Assembly (NCBI RefSeq): GCF_009914755.1
Contig: NC_060947.1
DNA from: the human T2T-CHM13v2.0 reference genome, Homo sapiens
DNA: 64,000 nt
Direction: 5' to 3' (one strand)
Shown in pieces: positions 1 to 22,239 of this stretch (position 1 is the first letter of the stretch; each line of letters starts with the position of its first letter). The position numbers and the translations under genes are program-made. The notes under the pieces are model-generated. The model did not search any database. It saw nothing but the letters and a program-made list of their open reading frames with translations, and was not told where the DNA came from.

Positions 1-2155
1 CAGATGCTGACTCCTCTAGGCCCCTACAGCCTCCTTGACTCTGGGCCCAGGATGGATGTCAGGAAGCGTGTCTGAATAAATTAAATGCTGGCTTTGGAAT
101 CAGACAGCCCAAGGCACTGACTCTCTCAGAACCTCCTTCTCCTCATCTGTAAATCAGGGATTGTAATCCATGCCTATTAGGGCTGTTGTGAGCATTAAAT
201 AAGATCATATTCCAAGTTGTTAGTATGTGAGGAACAAATGGTGATTGCTATAATTGCTAATATTAGGATGAGGATGAGGATGATGATTATTATCTGCCAG
301 GCTGTCGAGAGCTCCCGTGGTGATGGTATGGGTAGCACTCTGGGTTGGCGCCAGGCAGACTTGGGTTTGAATCCTGGCTCAGGATCCATATATTAGCTGA
401 ATCCACATATTAGCTGCCTGGCTGCAGGCAAAACCCATAACCACTGTGAGCCTCAGTTTCCTCAGCTGTAAAACAATGATGATAAGGCCAGCTCAGGTTC
501 TACCTACAGTGTCACTGGGAGGATCAGACAAAAGAAAGTCCCTGACAACTTCTGTAAGTTGTAAAGGCCCAAATGTATATCATCACATGACTTATGATTA
601 TGCTCGTTATTAAATGTCCTGAGCTCTAGGTCCCAGGAACTTCCTTGCTGGGAAGAGCTGAGAACTAGAGATGTTTTCAATCTTCTTCTTCAACAAGTAG
701 CAGGCACATCACCGGGGATGCTTGCAGGAGCCCCGTGCTCGGGTGGCCTCTCTCCAAACCCACGGTGGGACACTGAGATCTATTCCCTTTGCTAGACAGG
801 TGCCTTCCTAAGTGCTAGGACAAGCTGTGCCCATGACATGCTCCTTGGCTGCATGCTAGGACTAATTATGTCTTGTCACAAACCCCTTTCCTGGACACTG
901 GGACTGATTGCATTAAAGCTGGCCTCAGCATGTGTTTATCCCACAGCCCCATTCTTGGCTCTGGGTATCCGTGTGTTTACCCCAGATCCCCTGTCTGGGG
1001 TGCTAGAACAGAGTGTGTCTCATTAGACACTTTTGTCTGTATGCTGGCATCCTCTGTCCCCAGCCCATATCCACTGCCTGAATGACAGGACCAGGGCTCC
1101 TGCATACAGTCAGGCAAGCTGTGCCTTTCACAAAGGGTCACAGCCAAAAGGATATGAACAGGGGCTGATATCCAACCCGTGCTATGCTCAATGGAGCCAC
1201 TCAGAGGGGGTGCCCTTGAAAGGGACATCTTTTTCTATTCTTCACAAAGGTGCCAATTATGCTACTGGCAGCCGTGGCTGGGAAAGACTGTACCCATCTG
1301 TGCCTCTGCTGCCTGGGCTCAGCTCAGCTCAGTGGCCTATCCCATAGCCCCCAGCCTGGATGTTAAGGCTGAGTGGGTCCTATCCTGAGCACCCCCATCA
1401 TTCCTATATAATCCCTATACTTGACACCTCTGCCTTCATGAAGCTTCTGATGGGGTAAGGCCTGGGAAATGCACAAAGGTCCCTTGTCTTTACCTTTACC
1501 CAAGTTTTACTCCTGCCTCCCCAACTGGCAGATTGAGCACATCTTTAAAACTTACTATGTCTACCAATGGGTCAGTAACAACAATAACAACAACAAAAAT
1601 AAAATAAAATAAAATAAAATAAAACGTACTGAAGCTTGTAAACTTTTTTTACCAAGCACACACAAAAAAATTTTCCTTGTCGCCATAATGTATAGTTCTA
1701 ATGTCTAGAATGTGTTACATCCAGAGTCCATTCAAATCCCACTACTCAGGGCTGGCACAGATTCAGGGTGGAAAGTGAACGCTAGACCAGGGAAGCTCAG
1801 CATCGATCATGCCCTCTTACCCTGGGAGGAGAAGGTGGAAAAGGTCCTTGTCCAGAGCTGACCTCTCAGCTTTCATATCTGGGCAGCTCCTATGAGCCCC
1901 TATGGTGTTCAGCCAAGCTCCCAAGTCAACTAGTGTCAGAAAGACTAAGGAACAGTCTTGAACCCCCTCCCCACAGCTGCCACATCCCCCAACTGCCCTC
2001 TCACCCCACTCCATAGCCACCCCTAATACCAACAGGGAAGACGCCCTTGAGTTGGCCCCTCCCCTTGCCCATGGATCCTGCAGTTACAAACCAGAGGCCC
2101 CCACCCCAGGCCCTGCCCCATCTCCCAACTAGTACTAAAGAAAGGAGGTACTGAC

Positions 2156-2185
2156 CTGACTGTTCTGGAATTCTCACCATCAGAT
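2156..2185 (-). CDS. IQSEC2: IQSEC2 exon 2, 30-nt frame-preserving mini-exon encoding (K)SDGENSRTV(S)
   Basis: Minus strand reads ttttttttctctgtttccctttcag|ATCTGATGGTGAGAATTCCAGAACAGTCAG|gtcagt. It joins the phase-2 end of exon 1 (AA+A=K) to give ...LQRKSDGENSRTVS, as recalled for IQSEC2. Branch-point-like TACTGAC at 2219-2225. Confidence 0.93.
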
Positions 2186-3023
2186 CTGAAAGGGAAACAG
2201 AGAAAAAAAACCAAAACGGTCAGTATACGCTCTCTTCTCCCTCTGCCCTAGGTAGAGTGGCTTTGGGGGGCCTTGAGGCCTAATGCACATCACAAAAATG
2301 AGGGGAAGGGTTATTTCATGCGGAGAGAAGAGAATAGCAAGTGCAAGGCCGAGAGACAGTAGAGTGCCTCGCCAGTTGGAGGGATGGAGAGGAAGACGGT
2401 GGTGCTGGGGTGCAGTGAGCAAGGGGGAAGAGTGGTCAGAAGTGAGGTCAAAGAGGCACCAGGAACCAAACATGTGGGGCCTAGTGGATCACAGTGAGGA
2501 GCGTGGCTTTCGTCGAGGCAGCCAGCAGCCGTGGGCAGGGGCAAAGCCCAAGCTTGAAACACAGGAAGACCTAGGTTCAGATATTGGCTCTGCCACTTAC
2601 CAGCCCCATGACCTGGGCAAGTCACTTCACCTCTCTGAGTCTGAGCCTCAGTCTCCCCGTTTGTGACACGAGGCCGATCCTCACTGGGCTGTTGGGATAA
2701 TTCAGCCCTTTGGAACCCGGTACGCAAATGCCAGGTATTATTAACACCATGGAAGGGGCTTTGCCAACTGCCTGGTCCAACCTGCTTATTTTCCAGATGA
2801 AGAGAACGAGGCTGAGGAGATATATGAGTCAGCCGCTGGGCTCCTTTCTACTACACTGGTCTGCCGTTTTCATTGTGAGGCCTCTTTAGAGGCAAAAGAA
2901 GGGCGAAAGAAGAGAATGGAGTTGGGGACATCACTGAGGGAACCGGGCAATGAGTGAAATCTGAACCACACCCTTCCTCTCCCACCACGCCTTCCCAAGA
3001 AGAGTGTGAGAGTGTATACGTGA

Positions 3024-3082
3024 GTGCACACACGTGTGTACACGTGTGTGTATGTGCGCGCGCACGTGTGTGTGTGTGTACG
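3024..3082. repeat. 59-bp uninterrupted alternating purine-pyrimidine tract
   Basis: gtgcacacacgtgtgtacacgtgtgtgtatgtgcgcgcgcacgtgtgtgtgtgtgtacg. Confidence 0.9.
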
Positions 3083-5026
3083 GGAGGGAGGATCAGGACA
3101 GTGGGGCTGGTGTTCACTGCGTGCAGGGAAGGGGCAGAGGAGGACCATGGAATTTGAAAGTGGGAGCGTGTGGGACACGGACATCCCCCTTGTCATCTTC
3201 CTCCATCTTCACCTCAGGCCTCCCACCCTCACTCATGCTGCGAAGGAGACAGAGATGAACACAGCACAGGCTCTGTCCTCAGCTGAGAGAGCCAAGACGT
3301 GGCTTTAGTGAGGGGAGTGTCCATCTATGCTAAGCGCTAAATGACAGAGATACACACAGGGAGAGGAGCAGGTGGGCCTCAGAAGGGAGCATTTGTTGAA
3401 AGAATGAAAGGAGGCCCCGCTGGCGAGGTGGGGCAGGCAAGCATCAGGGTGCTGCAACCACAGCACTCCCGGTTCCACTATTCACAAGCCATGGAATCCT
3501 AGGGAAGGTATTTCACTATGTTGAGTGTCAGGGCTTTGCCTTGTAAAATGGGGCTTTGGGGGTGGGCTGCGGTGAGAGTCACTCCCTTTATGGGGTGTGG
3601 CTGTGAGGCTCAGCCTAGCACAGTGCCTGGCACGTGGTACATGCTCAGCAGATGCCAGTAGCACCAATCCTTAGCCTTCTCAGCCCCCTGAAGGAACAGA
3701 GGACCAGGGCCACAGCGCACCTTATCACATTTATTAAAATGTTCCATCTCCTTCTGCAGCAACAAGATTGCTTCTGAGGCCTGGCCCAATTATTCTCAGG
3801 TACCAGGCCTGAGGGGCCTGACTTCAATGACTCCCCAGATGCCTACAGAACTGAGGCCAAGCCTCTCAGCCTCTCTCCCTAACACTAACCCTCTGCTCTA
3901 GGCAGACCGATCTCTTCACCACCCACCTACCCCCAAACCCAGCACACATGTATTCAGTCTGCTGTCTACCAGGCCCTGCCCTGGGAATACAACCTCTCAA
4001 GGAGCTCGTGGACTGGCCACTTGTCCCAATCTACCTAAGGTTTAAGCAACACATCTAATCACCCCCACCACCACTGTGAACAAACTATGAGTACCTACTA
4101 TGTACCAGGCATAGTGTTAGCCTCTTTTTGTACATTATCTCCTTTGATCCTGCAAAGTGGGGGTTATTCATCCAATTTCAAGATGATGAAACTGAGACTC
4201 ACAAAGGTCAAAATGACTTGCCCAAGGTCACACAAGCAGAGAAGCTCAGAGTGAACCCCAAAGCTCATGTTCCTACCACCACGCTCCACTGTACCAGAAG
4301 CTCAGTGCCGGGCACGTACGCACTATGACGGTGAGTTCCCTTATCTTCATTCCTCAATATCAAGCCAGAGAGGCACCAACAGACCTTTCCTCTCCAGTGC
4401 TCTTTCATCTGAGAGATTATGAGAAATATATCTCTGCTCCAAAAGTATTTCTATGTGATATGTGACAGTCCTCAAGATGGCAGCAAAGGGGAGCAAAAGA
4501 GCTCCAAGTCATGATGCAGCGGGGAATTCGCCAATTCTCGCTATGGACTGATTCTTACTAGCTTGAGGGTACACAGCATCATATGACTCTCAATGTGGGG
4601 GTGCAGCTCACCCCAGGGTCCATCACCCTTTATGCATTTAGCATATTATTCATTATGTATAGAACAATCATCAGTGCTATCCTACACCTCCTCAGAGGCT
4701 CATGCACTGTCCAATGTTCATGAAGCTGGGCCACCATTCTTTTGGGAGGCAGTATAGACTGGTAGAAAGAATGCTAGGTCCTTTTATGGCTCATTCCCTA
4801 ATTGGCAGTGTGAACTCGGACAAGTCATTTCCCTCTGGACCTTGGTTCTTCACCTGTAAAGTGATAGGGCTGTGTTAGTTGAGTTCCAAGCAATCTTTAG
4901 GCCTTAAAATATTCTATTTCTTCAGAACCCCAAAGTTTATCTCTTTTATCAACTAGATTCTGCTGTCTACAAGGAGAAGCAATAGACCCAAGGACTAGAT
5001 CCCTCTTCATCAATCCATGTCAGTAA

Positions 5027-10570
<5,544 letters not shown>

Positions 10571-13249
10571 CCCTTTCTTATTCCAGCCAACTCCTATTCA
10601 TCCTCCATGACCCATTTAGGCACCACCTCCTCCAGGAAGCGTATCTTAACATCCCTAGGCTGGGTTAGGAGCCCCTCCTCTGTTCTCCCACAGTATCCTT
10701 TTCTTGACTCCATCACAGCCCTGATCAAACTGTTCTGAAATTGTCTATTTCCATGGCTGACTCTCCCAGCGACTGGGAGCTCCTGGTAGTCAGGCGCTCT
10801 GTCTCATTCCTGCTTGGACCCCCAGATCTCAGAGTCTGGCTTCCAGGCGTATGGAGTAAATATGTGGTGACGAAATTAATGAATAAATGAATGACTAAAT
10901 AAACGAATTGGACCCAGCTAGAGGGACCATCTAGAAAGGGAAATAAGCTGAATACAATTGTCCCTATATAAGGTCAATTCCCTAAAAGCTGTAAGTTCCT
11001 TTGATGCTGTGTGTGCAAGGAAGCCTATCGCAGCATGATTTAAACCAGTGAAAAAAATGAGCACAGCTTCTACACCCTACATTAAGAGGATGGTTAAGTC
11101 CATCGTGGTATATCAGTTGCCACTAAAAATGATGGTTATGAAGAATATGCAATGACATGGGAAATGCTCAAATGGAAAAATCAAGAACAAAAATTGTATG
11201 TGTAAAATCATTTCAACTACATGAAAAAAATGCAGAGAACAAGGGCAAATACACCAGATGCTCAGAGTGGCTGCCTCTGGGTGCTGTAATTATGTGTAAT
11301 GTTTTTCTCCTCTACTTTTCCTAGTTTTTCTAAATTTCCTAATTTAAAAATGCATTGAAAGTATAATTTTTTAAACGCTACTAAGAAATTAAATTGGTTA
11401 AGTAGCCTGAGAGTACTGGGAACAAAATACTGTGAGGCGGGGGGCATAAGAATCAGTGCACATGTCCACCAGGGCTTGCTGGGAAAGCTCTATTCTTCAC
11501 CGGCCACAGCCTCTGAAGGCCCAGGCCCACAGAACACCCCCTGCTCCCTTCCCTGCAAAGCAGGACCTAGCTCAGGAAGCCAAAGGAGGAGGATCTTGGA
11601 GGCCAGCCTATTACGAATCACAATCTTATGGGTTGTACTGATAAACAGAAGGCCCTACACTGGGGCCCACATTTTAGGGGCCACTCTCCATCAGGCAAAA
11701 GGTCTGTAATGCCATCAGGACCCATAAGGATCTTTGGCCCTGTCCCTTCTAGGCTGCACTTCAAGCACCAAGGACCTCAGAATTTCCTGCCTAAATTTCT
11801 TGGGCTTACTTTCAGGAATTGCATGGTCTTATTACCCAGGTCCATCTGTTAGGACCAAGGAGCGGCCTAAGGGGAAGGGGAGATAGACAGGGCTTGGAGG
11901 TGTTGGCTGGGGTATCCACATATCTCAAGGCTCCATATGAACTATGGGAGGGAAGAGAAGTGTGGAGGGCCAAGGGCTTCAACTGGTAACTTGCTTGGGC
12001 CCTAGAAATGTAGAGGCAGGCAAGTCTATAGAGCCTTAGGCCTCAGGGTTTGTAGAAGGCCCTAGCCTTCACAGATCTGGGTTCAAATCCATTCATTTGC
12101 TGTGCAACCCATGGATGAATCCATTCTCCTCTCTGAACTTAGTTTCCCCAACTATAAAATAGGCATAATAATTCTGACTTCAGAGAATTGTGTTGAGGTT
12201 TGTAGAATGACAGTAGTTATGAGTCCAGGCTTTAGGTCAGACAGGCCTGGATTTGGGTCTCAGCTCTGCCTCTTCCAGCTATGCGATTTATGACCCTAAG
12301 TTTCAGTTTCTTCATCAATGTAATGGAGATAATAATAGCACTAATATGATACGGTTGTTGGGAGGATTATGGTTATAAAGAATATGTGATAACATTGGAA
12401 AATGCTTAAATGAGAAAATGCTGCTTAATAATGGTTGTGCAAACACTGGCTGTGGTGGAGCTGACTGGGCCTTCTGCAATCCCCAGGCTCATGCAGCTTT
12501 ATTTTCCCCATAGCACTTACCACTACTTGACATATTATGTGTCTTCTTGTTTATTTGTTTCTTTTCCACACCCATCCCAGACATCCATACACTAGAATCT
12601 CAGCTCCACAGGGCAGAGGTTTTGTCTATTTTGCTCACTGTTTCCAAGTGCCTTGAACAGTGTGAGGTACTTAGATGTTCTTCAAATTTGAATAGTTAGC
12701 CAGGCGTGGTGGCACCAGAGAGAAATAAGTTTCTAGGCCTCCCTCAGCTACTAGGGAGGCTGAGGCAGGAGGATCACTTGAGCCCAGGAATTTGAGGCTT
12801 CAGCGAGCTATGATCATGCCACTGCACTCTAGCCTGGGCAACAGAGCACAACCCTATGTCAAAAAAAAAAGTTAACTGGTTATCTGCCATGTAGACAAGG
12901 GTAAAAAGGCATTTGGGGCCAGGCACGGCGGCTCATGCCTATAATCCCAGCACTTTAGGAAGCCAAGGCGGGAGGACTGCTTGAGCCCAGGAGTTTGAGA
13001 CCAGCCTGGGGATCACAGGGAGATCCCGTCTCTACAATGAAATAAAAATTAGCCAGGCATTTTAGTGTGTGCCTATAGTCCCAGCTACTCGGGAGGTTAA
13101 AGTGAGAGGATTGCTTGAGCCCAGGTCGAGACCAGCCTGGGCAACATAGCAAAACTCTGTCTCTACAAAAATACAAAAATTAGGTGGGCATGATGGTGTG
13201 TGCCTATAGTCCCAGCTACTCAGGAGGCTGAGATGGGAAGACTGCCTCA

Positions 13250-13459
<210 letters not shown>

Positions 13460-13740
13460 TCAAAAAAAAAAAAAAAGGGCATTTAGCCATAGGAACAGCC
13501 AGAATAAAGTCATGGAAGCATAAAGAAGCCTGACATGCTTAGCAAACTCTACATAGTTCAGTACAACTTGAGTGTAGGGTTAGGAAGGAAACAGAGTGAC
13601 TTGAGGAATGAGTGGAGCTGTAGCCTTACCCAAAGGAGCATGCAAGCACTTCCCTAAACCACAAGTGGCGTGAAGACCTACTTGTGACAGCGAGGAAGGA
13701 GAAAAGCACTAGGGGGAGGTAAAGATGATTCCCAAGTTCA

Positions 13741-14058
<318 letters not shown>

Positions 14059-14727
14059 CTAAAAAAAAAAAAAAGTGAAAGTGAAAACCTTTTGAAAGAT
14101 GATTCAGGTAGCCAGGCGCAGTGGCTCACGCCTGCAATCCCAGCATTTTGGGAGGCTGAGGCGGGTGGATCACAAGGTTAGGAGTTCAAGACCAGCCTGG
14201 CCAAGATGGTGAAACCCCGTCTCTACTAAAAATACAAAAAAATTAGCTGGGCGTGGTGGTGGGCGCGGTGCCTGTAATCCCAGCTACTTGGGAGGCTAAG
14301 GCAGAGAATTGTTTGAATCCGGGAGGTGGAGGTTGCAGTGAGCCGAGATTGCACCACTGCACTCCAGCCTGGGCAACAGAGTGAGACTCTGTCTCAAAAA
14401 AAAAAAAAAGGAAGATGATTCAGGTAGAGAGGAAGACTCTTTTCTAAGGAAGCCAAGAATCAGACCTAGAAATGACAAAAAGTATAGCGAACAGGTGGAT
14501 GAGGTAATGGTGTTATGCAAGAAAGTCTCATGAAGATTATTTAAAAAGAAGAAATAGAACCATAGGACAAATCAGAAAGCTTGTTGGATACTGGAATCAC
14601 TTTTAGTAATGGAGCCAAACAATCCTGAAGGCAAAGATGGCGGTAAAGGACAAAATGAAGGCCATGATGGTTTCAGTTGCTGGCTATCCTTTTGCTGGTG
14701 ATTATTGTTCCTATAGTCCTTGTTTAA

Positions 14728-15492
<765 letters not shown>

Positions 15493-17496
15493 TAGACAGG
15501 GTCTCATTCTGTCACCCAGGCTGGAGTGCCGTGGCATGATCATAGCTCACTACATCCTTGAACTTCTGGGCTCAAGTAATCTTCTGCTCTCAGTCTCCCG
15601 AGTAGCTAAGACTACAGGCATACACCACCACGCCCAGCTAATTTTTTCATTTTTTGTAGAGATGGGGTCTTGCTATGTTGCCCAGGCTGGTCTCAAACTC
15701 CTGGCCTCAAGCAATCCTGCCTTGGCCTCCCAAAGTGCTGGGAGTACAGACATGAGCCACCATGCCCAGCCATAAAGTTACTATTTAGTTGCACCTACAG
15801 TGGTCCACAGTTGTACCTACTACTTTGCACAGTCTTCATAACTGTTGTGCAAAGTAGTTCTTCTCATTGTATGGATGCAGTCACTGAGGTACGGAGGAGC
15901 AATGTGACTTACCCAGACTCACACAGCTAATAAGTAGTAGAGCCGAGATTCAAGTCTAGGTTTGTCTGATTCCAAAACCAATGCTTTTAACTGCTACAGC
16001 TGCTGCTTCCTTCTGTCATCCCAGAGCCAAGTGGCACTTCATCTCCCATTCCAGCCTGCAAGCTTGGCCCCTCTCCCTCATCTGTCTCCTGTCTCCCCAC
16101 CACACAGTGCAGCCCAAAGCCCCCCACCCCATGAACACTCAAGGAGCGCTTCTAGAAGAGACAATCATTCAAGGACGGAAAGGGGGAACACCAAAAAAGG
16201 AAGGTGCGGTTAGGCACAGGTATTGTAGCACAGATCAGCTGGGTACTACAATGACAGAGAGAGAGAAGAAGCAAAGGAAAACAGAACTAGCTCTCTAGCC
16301 CTGCCTTCTCTCCTCTCTCTGCTGGAGGCAGAGAGATAGAGGTTCAGCCATGATGGGAAAGAGTGGGCGGAAGGGGGAGCAGCTAGCACAGCCTGCTGTT
16401 GCAGAAGCCTCAGCTCAGCCTCCAAGCCCCCCCGAGTGCTTGGGGCCCATCTCTGGCCCACTTGCTCCCACCGCCTGGACAAAGAGGCTGGGCTGCCCTC
16501 CAAGCACCCAGCCAATCCCGGCAAAGCCCAGCTTACAGCAGACGGAGAGCCTCTCAAGCCACAGAGAGGGCACCCAGAGAGGTGGAGGGGCTGGCCCAGG
16601 GGTCCAGAGGGAGGCAGGGGCAGGGCTGGGATCAGAACCCAGGTGTCCGGTTCCTCGGCTGAGGGCTCGCTTGACTCCATGGTCTAGGCAGCAGAGGTTG
16701 AGGAAAGGGGTGCTCTGGAGGCCAATGGAGGAATGCTTATGATAAGGGCTGGGGCCAGAAGCAACACAGCTTGGATGACCCCAAATGAGGTCATCCAGGC
16801 TTGGCTATGTGGGGGGCCTACTAATAGTTTCCAGTTTCAGTCTGGGTTGAAAAAGCAAAACAACCATTTTTTAAAGTAGCTTTCGCCTTAGTTTCCACCT
16901 CAAGGGCATAAATGTTTATCTCCTCTCTCTCCCAGGACCCCACCATAATGAAAGTGAAGGAATAAAATAAAGTATGAACTCATAACAGGGAGGAGGATGG
17001 GAGAGGGTGAGATCAGTGGGTGAGAGATTTCAACAAATTTCTGGAAGCAAAAAAACAAACAGCAGGGTGTTCACAGTTGAGGAAGATCCAGGAACACCAC
17101 TTAGGGGCTTGCAGCTGAGGAGGGAGACAGTCAGGCCAGCAGAGGCCCAGAGAGACTCCAGACTTGGAGATGGTAGCTGCAAGAGAGGGTAGGAGGAACC
17201 ACGGCACTGGACACAGGGATAAATGGAAGGTAAGTATATGACATCCTTCCTTCCCTGCCACCCCAACCCCCAGACCTAGAACACAGGCCGCCTGGCATTC
17301 ACCCGTAGGCAAAGTATCAGAGGGCTGCTTGCTAAAGGAATTAAACTATCTAGGATGAGTCAAGACACCTAGTGGCATGTTGGTGCCCCCAAAATAAAGT
17401 GCTATTCATTCTGGCCTTTGGGGATTATAACAACCAACTCCCTGCCAGCTCGCCAAAATGAAGCCAGTGAGTGGACAAGCAAGCCTGGATACATAG

Positions 17497-17718
<222 letters not shown>

Positions 17719-18238
17719 TAACTTATTCACATACCATAAAATAGAAAGTATGAGAGAAAAGGTAAGCAGCCTACAGGATCAACAGCCTACAGGAAGTTCA
17801 ACACCCAACTAAGAGACATTCCCAAACAAGAAAACAGAGCAAATTAAGGGAAGGGAATGATCAAAGAAATAACATAAGGAGAGGGCCAGGTATGGTGGCT
17901 CACGCCTGTAATCCCAGCACTTTGGGAGGCCAAGGTGGGCAGGTCACTTGAGGTCAGGGGTTCGAGACTAACCTGGCCAACATGGTGAAACCCCATCTCT
18001 ACTAAAAATACAAATTAGCCAGGCGTGGCAGTGCACACCTGTAATCCCAGCTATTCGGGAGGCTGAGGCAGGAGAATCACTTGAATCCAGCAGGTGGAGG
18101 TTGAGCCACTGCACTCCACCCTATGCAACAGAGTGAGGCCCTGTCTAAAAAAAAAAAAAAAAAAAGGCCGGGCACGGCGGCTCATGCCTATAATCCCAGC
18201 ACTTTGGGAGGCTGAGGTGAGTGGATCACCTGAGGTCA

Positions 18239-18492
<254 letters not shown>

Positions 18493-18993
18493 TCAGGGTG
18501 AATAAAAAACAGACCTTGTTCTGAATGCTGGTTACCTAGGTGTTTGGTTTGTAAAAAGTGACTATATCACTTGTGATATGGTCATATCACTTCTGATATG
18601 AGCACTTTTCTGTATTCATATTATATTTCGGTATGAAGTTTTAAAACAATCCTGGGAGTACAAAGGTTGTGTAACTGTGAGTAATGAGGTATAATTACAG
18701 TACACTATTTGGCCCTGCGATGACTAATAGTGACATAGTCATAATCACATAAACAGTGTACTGCCAGGTAATTTTTATAATCAATCTCTCTAGATAAAGC
18801 ATTGAAAACATAATTATTTTTACAGAATAGAATGCAAATGTAATCTACATTGCTAGATACACAAGTACAGAACATAGAGACTGGGAGGTGGAAGAGGGGA
18901 AGGAGAGATGGAGGGAAGGATGGCACTAATAACTATGTCTTACAAAGTACGTGGTCAAGAGATGCTGTGGAAAACTGATGAAATAAGAAGTCA

Positions 18994-19254
<261 letters not shown>

Positions 19255-20254
19255 TCAGGAGACTGAGGCAGGAAGATTGCCTGAGTTCAGGAGTTTGAGG
19301 TCATAGTGAGCTGTGATCACACCATTGTACTCCAGCCTGGACCACTGAGCAAGACCCTGTCTCAAAAAAAAAAAAAAAAAAAAGTGGGAAGGAGTGTTGA
19401 GAAAGAGTCAGCTGTTGTAAATAAGCTAAATTATTTTGTCATGGTAGGAAAAAGTCAAGATAATGTTTAAAGTTGATAAATAGGAAATACCCATTCAAGC
19501 ACGTTATTTAGAGATATGAAGTTACCGCCAGAAGAACTAAATGGGAAAAGTGGTTGCATCTGGGGCTGAGAAGCAGGGGATAGGAAGACGTCAGTTTTTT
19601 ACTACATGAGTCCTTATGTACTACTTTGCCTTTTGAAAATTGTGCATGTGCATTGCTTTGATTTAGTTTGTCAAAACAAGCCCTTCTCTTTCTTTAGAAC
19701 TCTGGCTTCCACACTGTAAATATGAAATGGGCAGGCTGATGATTCTGGGTGACATGAGGTCCTGTTCTCCAATATCTATGCTTCTTTTGAGAACAGGAGG
19801 TAAGAGAGGTGGGTGACGGGTTGGCCCCTCCTAACTAACCCCTTGGTTCCTCACAGCCATCCACACAGATACTGTCTTGGCTGCCCCAGCCTGCTCCACC
19901 TCTGGTCCTCTTCAAATCCCACCATCGCCAGTCCAGCCTCTTCAGCCTTACTTTCATTCAACTATTTACACCCATTAGTTATTTATACCTGCTTGAGTCA
20001 CAAAGGATTTGAGGGTGCTTACTCCAAGAACACAGAATAGAAATTGAACTCGAAAATAAGTCCAAAAAAGAAATCAACAAAGATGCTAGAGCTATGCTTC
20101 AAATTAACTGGTGGCTGAGGCAAAAAGGAAGATACAATGAGCTATGACAGCCTCACATTAGGAAGGAAGAAATATACCAGTTTTCAGGGGAAGCAAAGCT
20201 TTGATTCGTTAAGTCATTGTCCATGGGAGATTTCATGAAAGAGAAGAAAAATGA

Positions 20255-20345
20255 CTATTTACGGAGCACCTACAGTATCAGGGAATGCCATCGAAATTAT
20301 CTATTTACGGAGCACCTACAGTATCAGGGAATGCCATCGAAATTA
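20255..20345 (+). repeat. Perfect tandem duplication, 46-bp period
   Basis: ctatttacggagcacctacagtatcagggaatgccatcgaaatta occurs twice, separated by one t. Confidence 0.95.
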
Positions 20346-20408
20346 CCTTGGCTAACCTTGAGAAATATGCCAGGCATGGTGGCTCACGCTTATAATCCCT
20401 GCACTTTA

Positions 20409-20705
<297 letters not shown>

Positions 20706-21088
20706 TTATCCCATTTTACAGAAAAACTAAAATTCAGAAAAGGTAAAATGACCTAGCTGAGGCCATCCTGCGGGTTGGGGTGGAACATAGATTCAAATCC
20801 AGGTCTGTCTGTCTCCAAAGCTCGTTCTTTATGTATCATATCATCGAGCCTCAAAACAAAGACACCCGGGGTAGAGCTGCCCAGCCCAAGGTAATGGGGA
20901 TATACTAAAGACAGACACAGGTCCACCCTCTTCCATGAAAACAGAAAAACAGGGATGAGAGACCTGGCTGTCAGGCCAGAAACTGCCTCTGAGCTGCCTC
21001 AGTTACAGTAAATGAAGCCACGTAAGACAAAAAACAGCAGAAAGAAGGCTGGGCCTGAGCTAGGGGGAGAAAGAGAACAGCACATTTA

Positions 21089-21453
<365 letters not shown>

Positions 21454-21960
21454 CTAATCAGCGTTCTCTTTTCTGCTCACACCCTGACTGGCCTTATACA
21501 AGTCCTTTCTCTCTCTGGGCCTCAGTCTTTTCATCTGTAAAATGAATAGCTTCAGTTGGATGATTTGTCAGAGTCCTTCCAACTTGTGATTTCTTGATTT
21601 CTATGCTGGTATTATTAAAACCCTACTGGTCATGAACGCTGCCACTCCTCTGAGCTTCCAGAGCAGGCTGCGCTCCCCTCCATCATCATCTTTCTCCCCA
21701 CATAGGTTATCTCTACTCCCACTGCCCAAGCACAGGCCTGATCATCTCTCATCTAGACTGCTGTACCAGCCTCCTCCCTGGATACCCTCCAATCTATCTT
21801 CCAAACTGCCCTCTAGGGGGATCTCTCCAAAACGTGGCTCTTGACATGTTCTCCCACACCACAATAAGCACCTCTCCCCCAGTTTAAAATGCTACTTGGC
21901 CAGGCATGGTGGCTCATGCCTGTAATCCTAGTACTTTGGGAGGCCAGGGCAGGTGGCTCA

Positions 21961-22239
<279 letters not shown>

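Noticed and set aside
16246-16742. Cluster of 80-144-aa ORFs in GC-rich intronic DNA
   Set aside because: No protein similarity and no convincing splice sites.
20255-20345. CRISPR-like direct repeat
   Set aside because: Only two adjacent copies with no spacers, in eukaryotic DNA.
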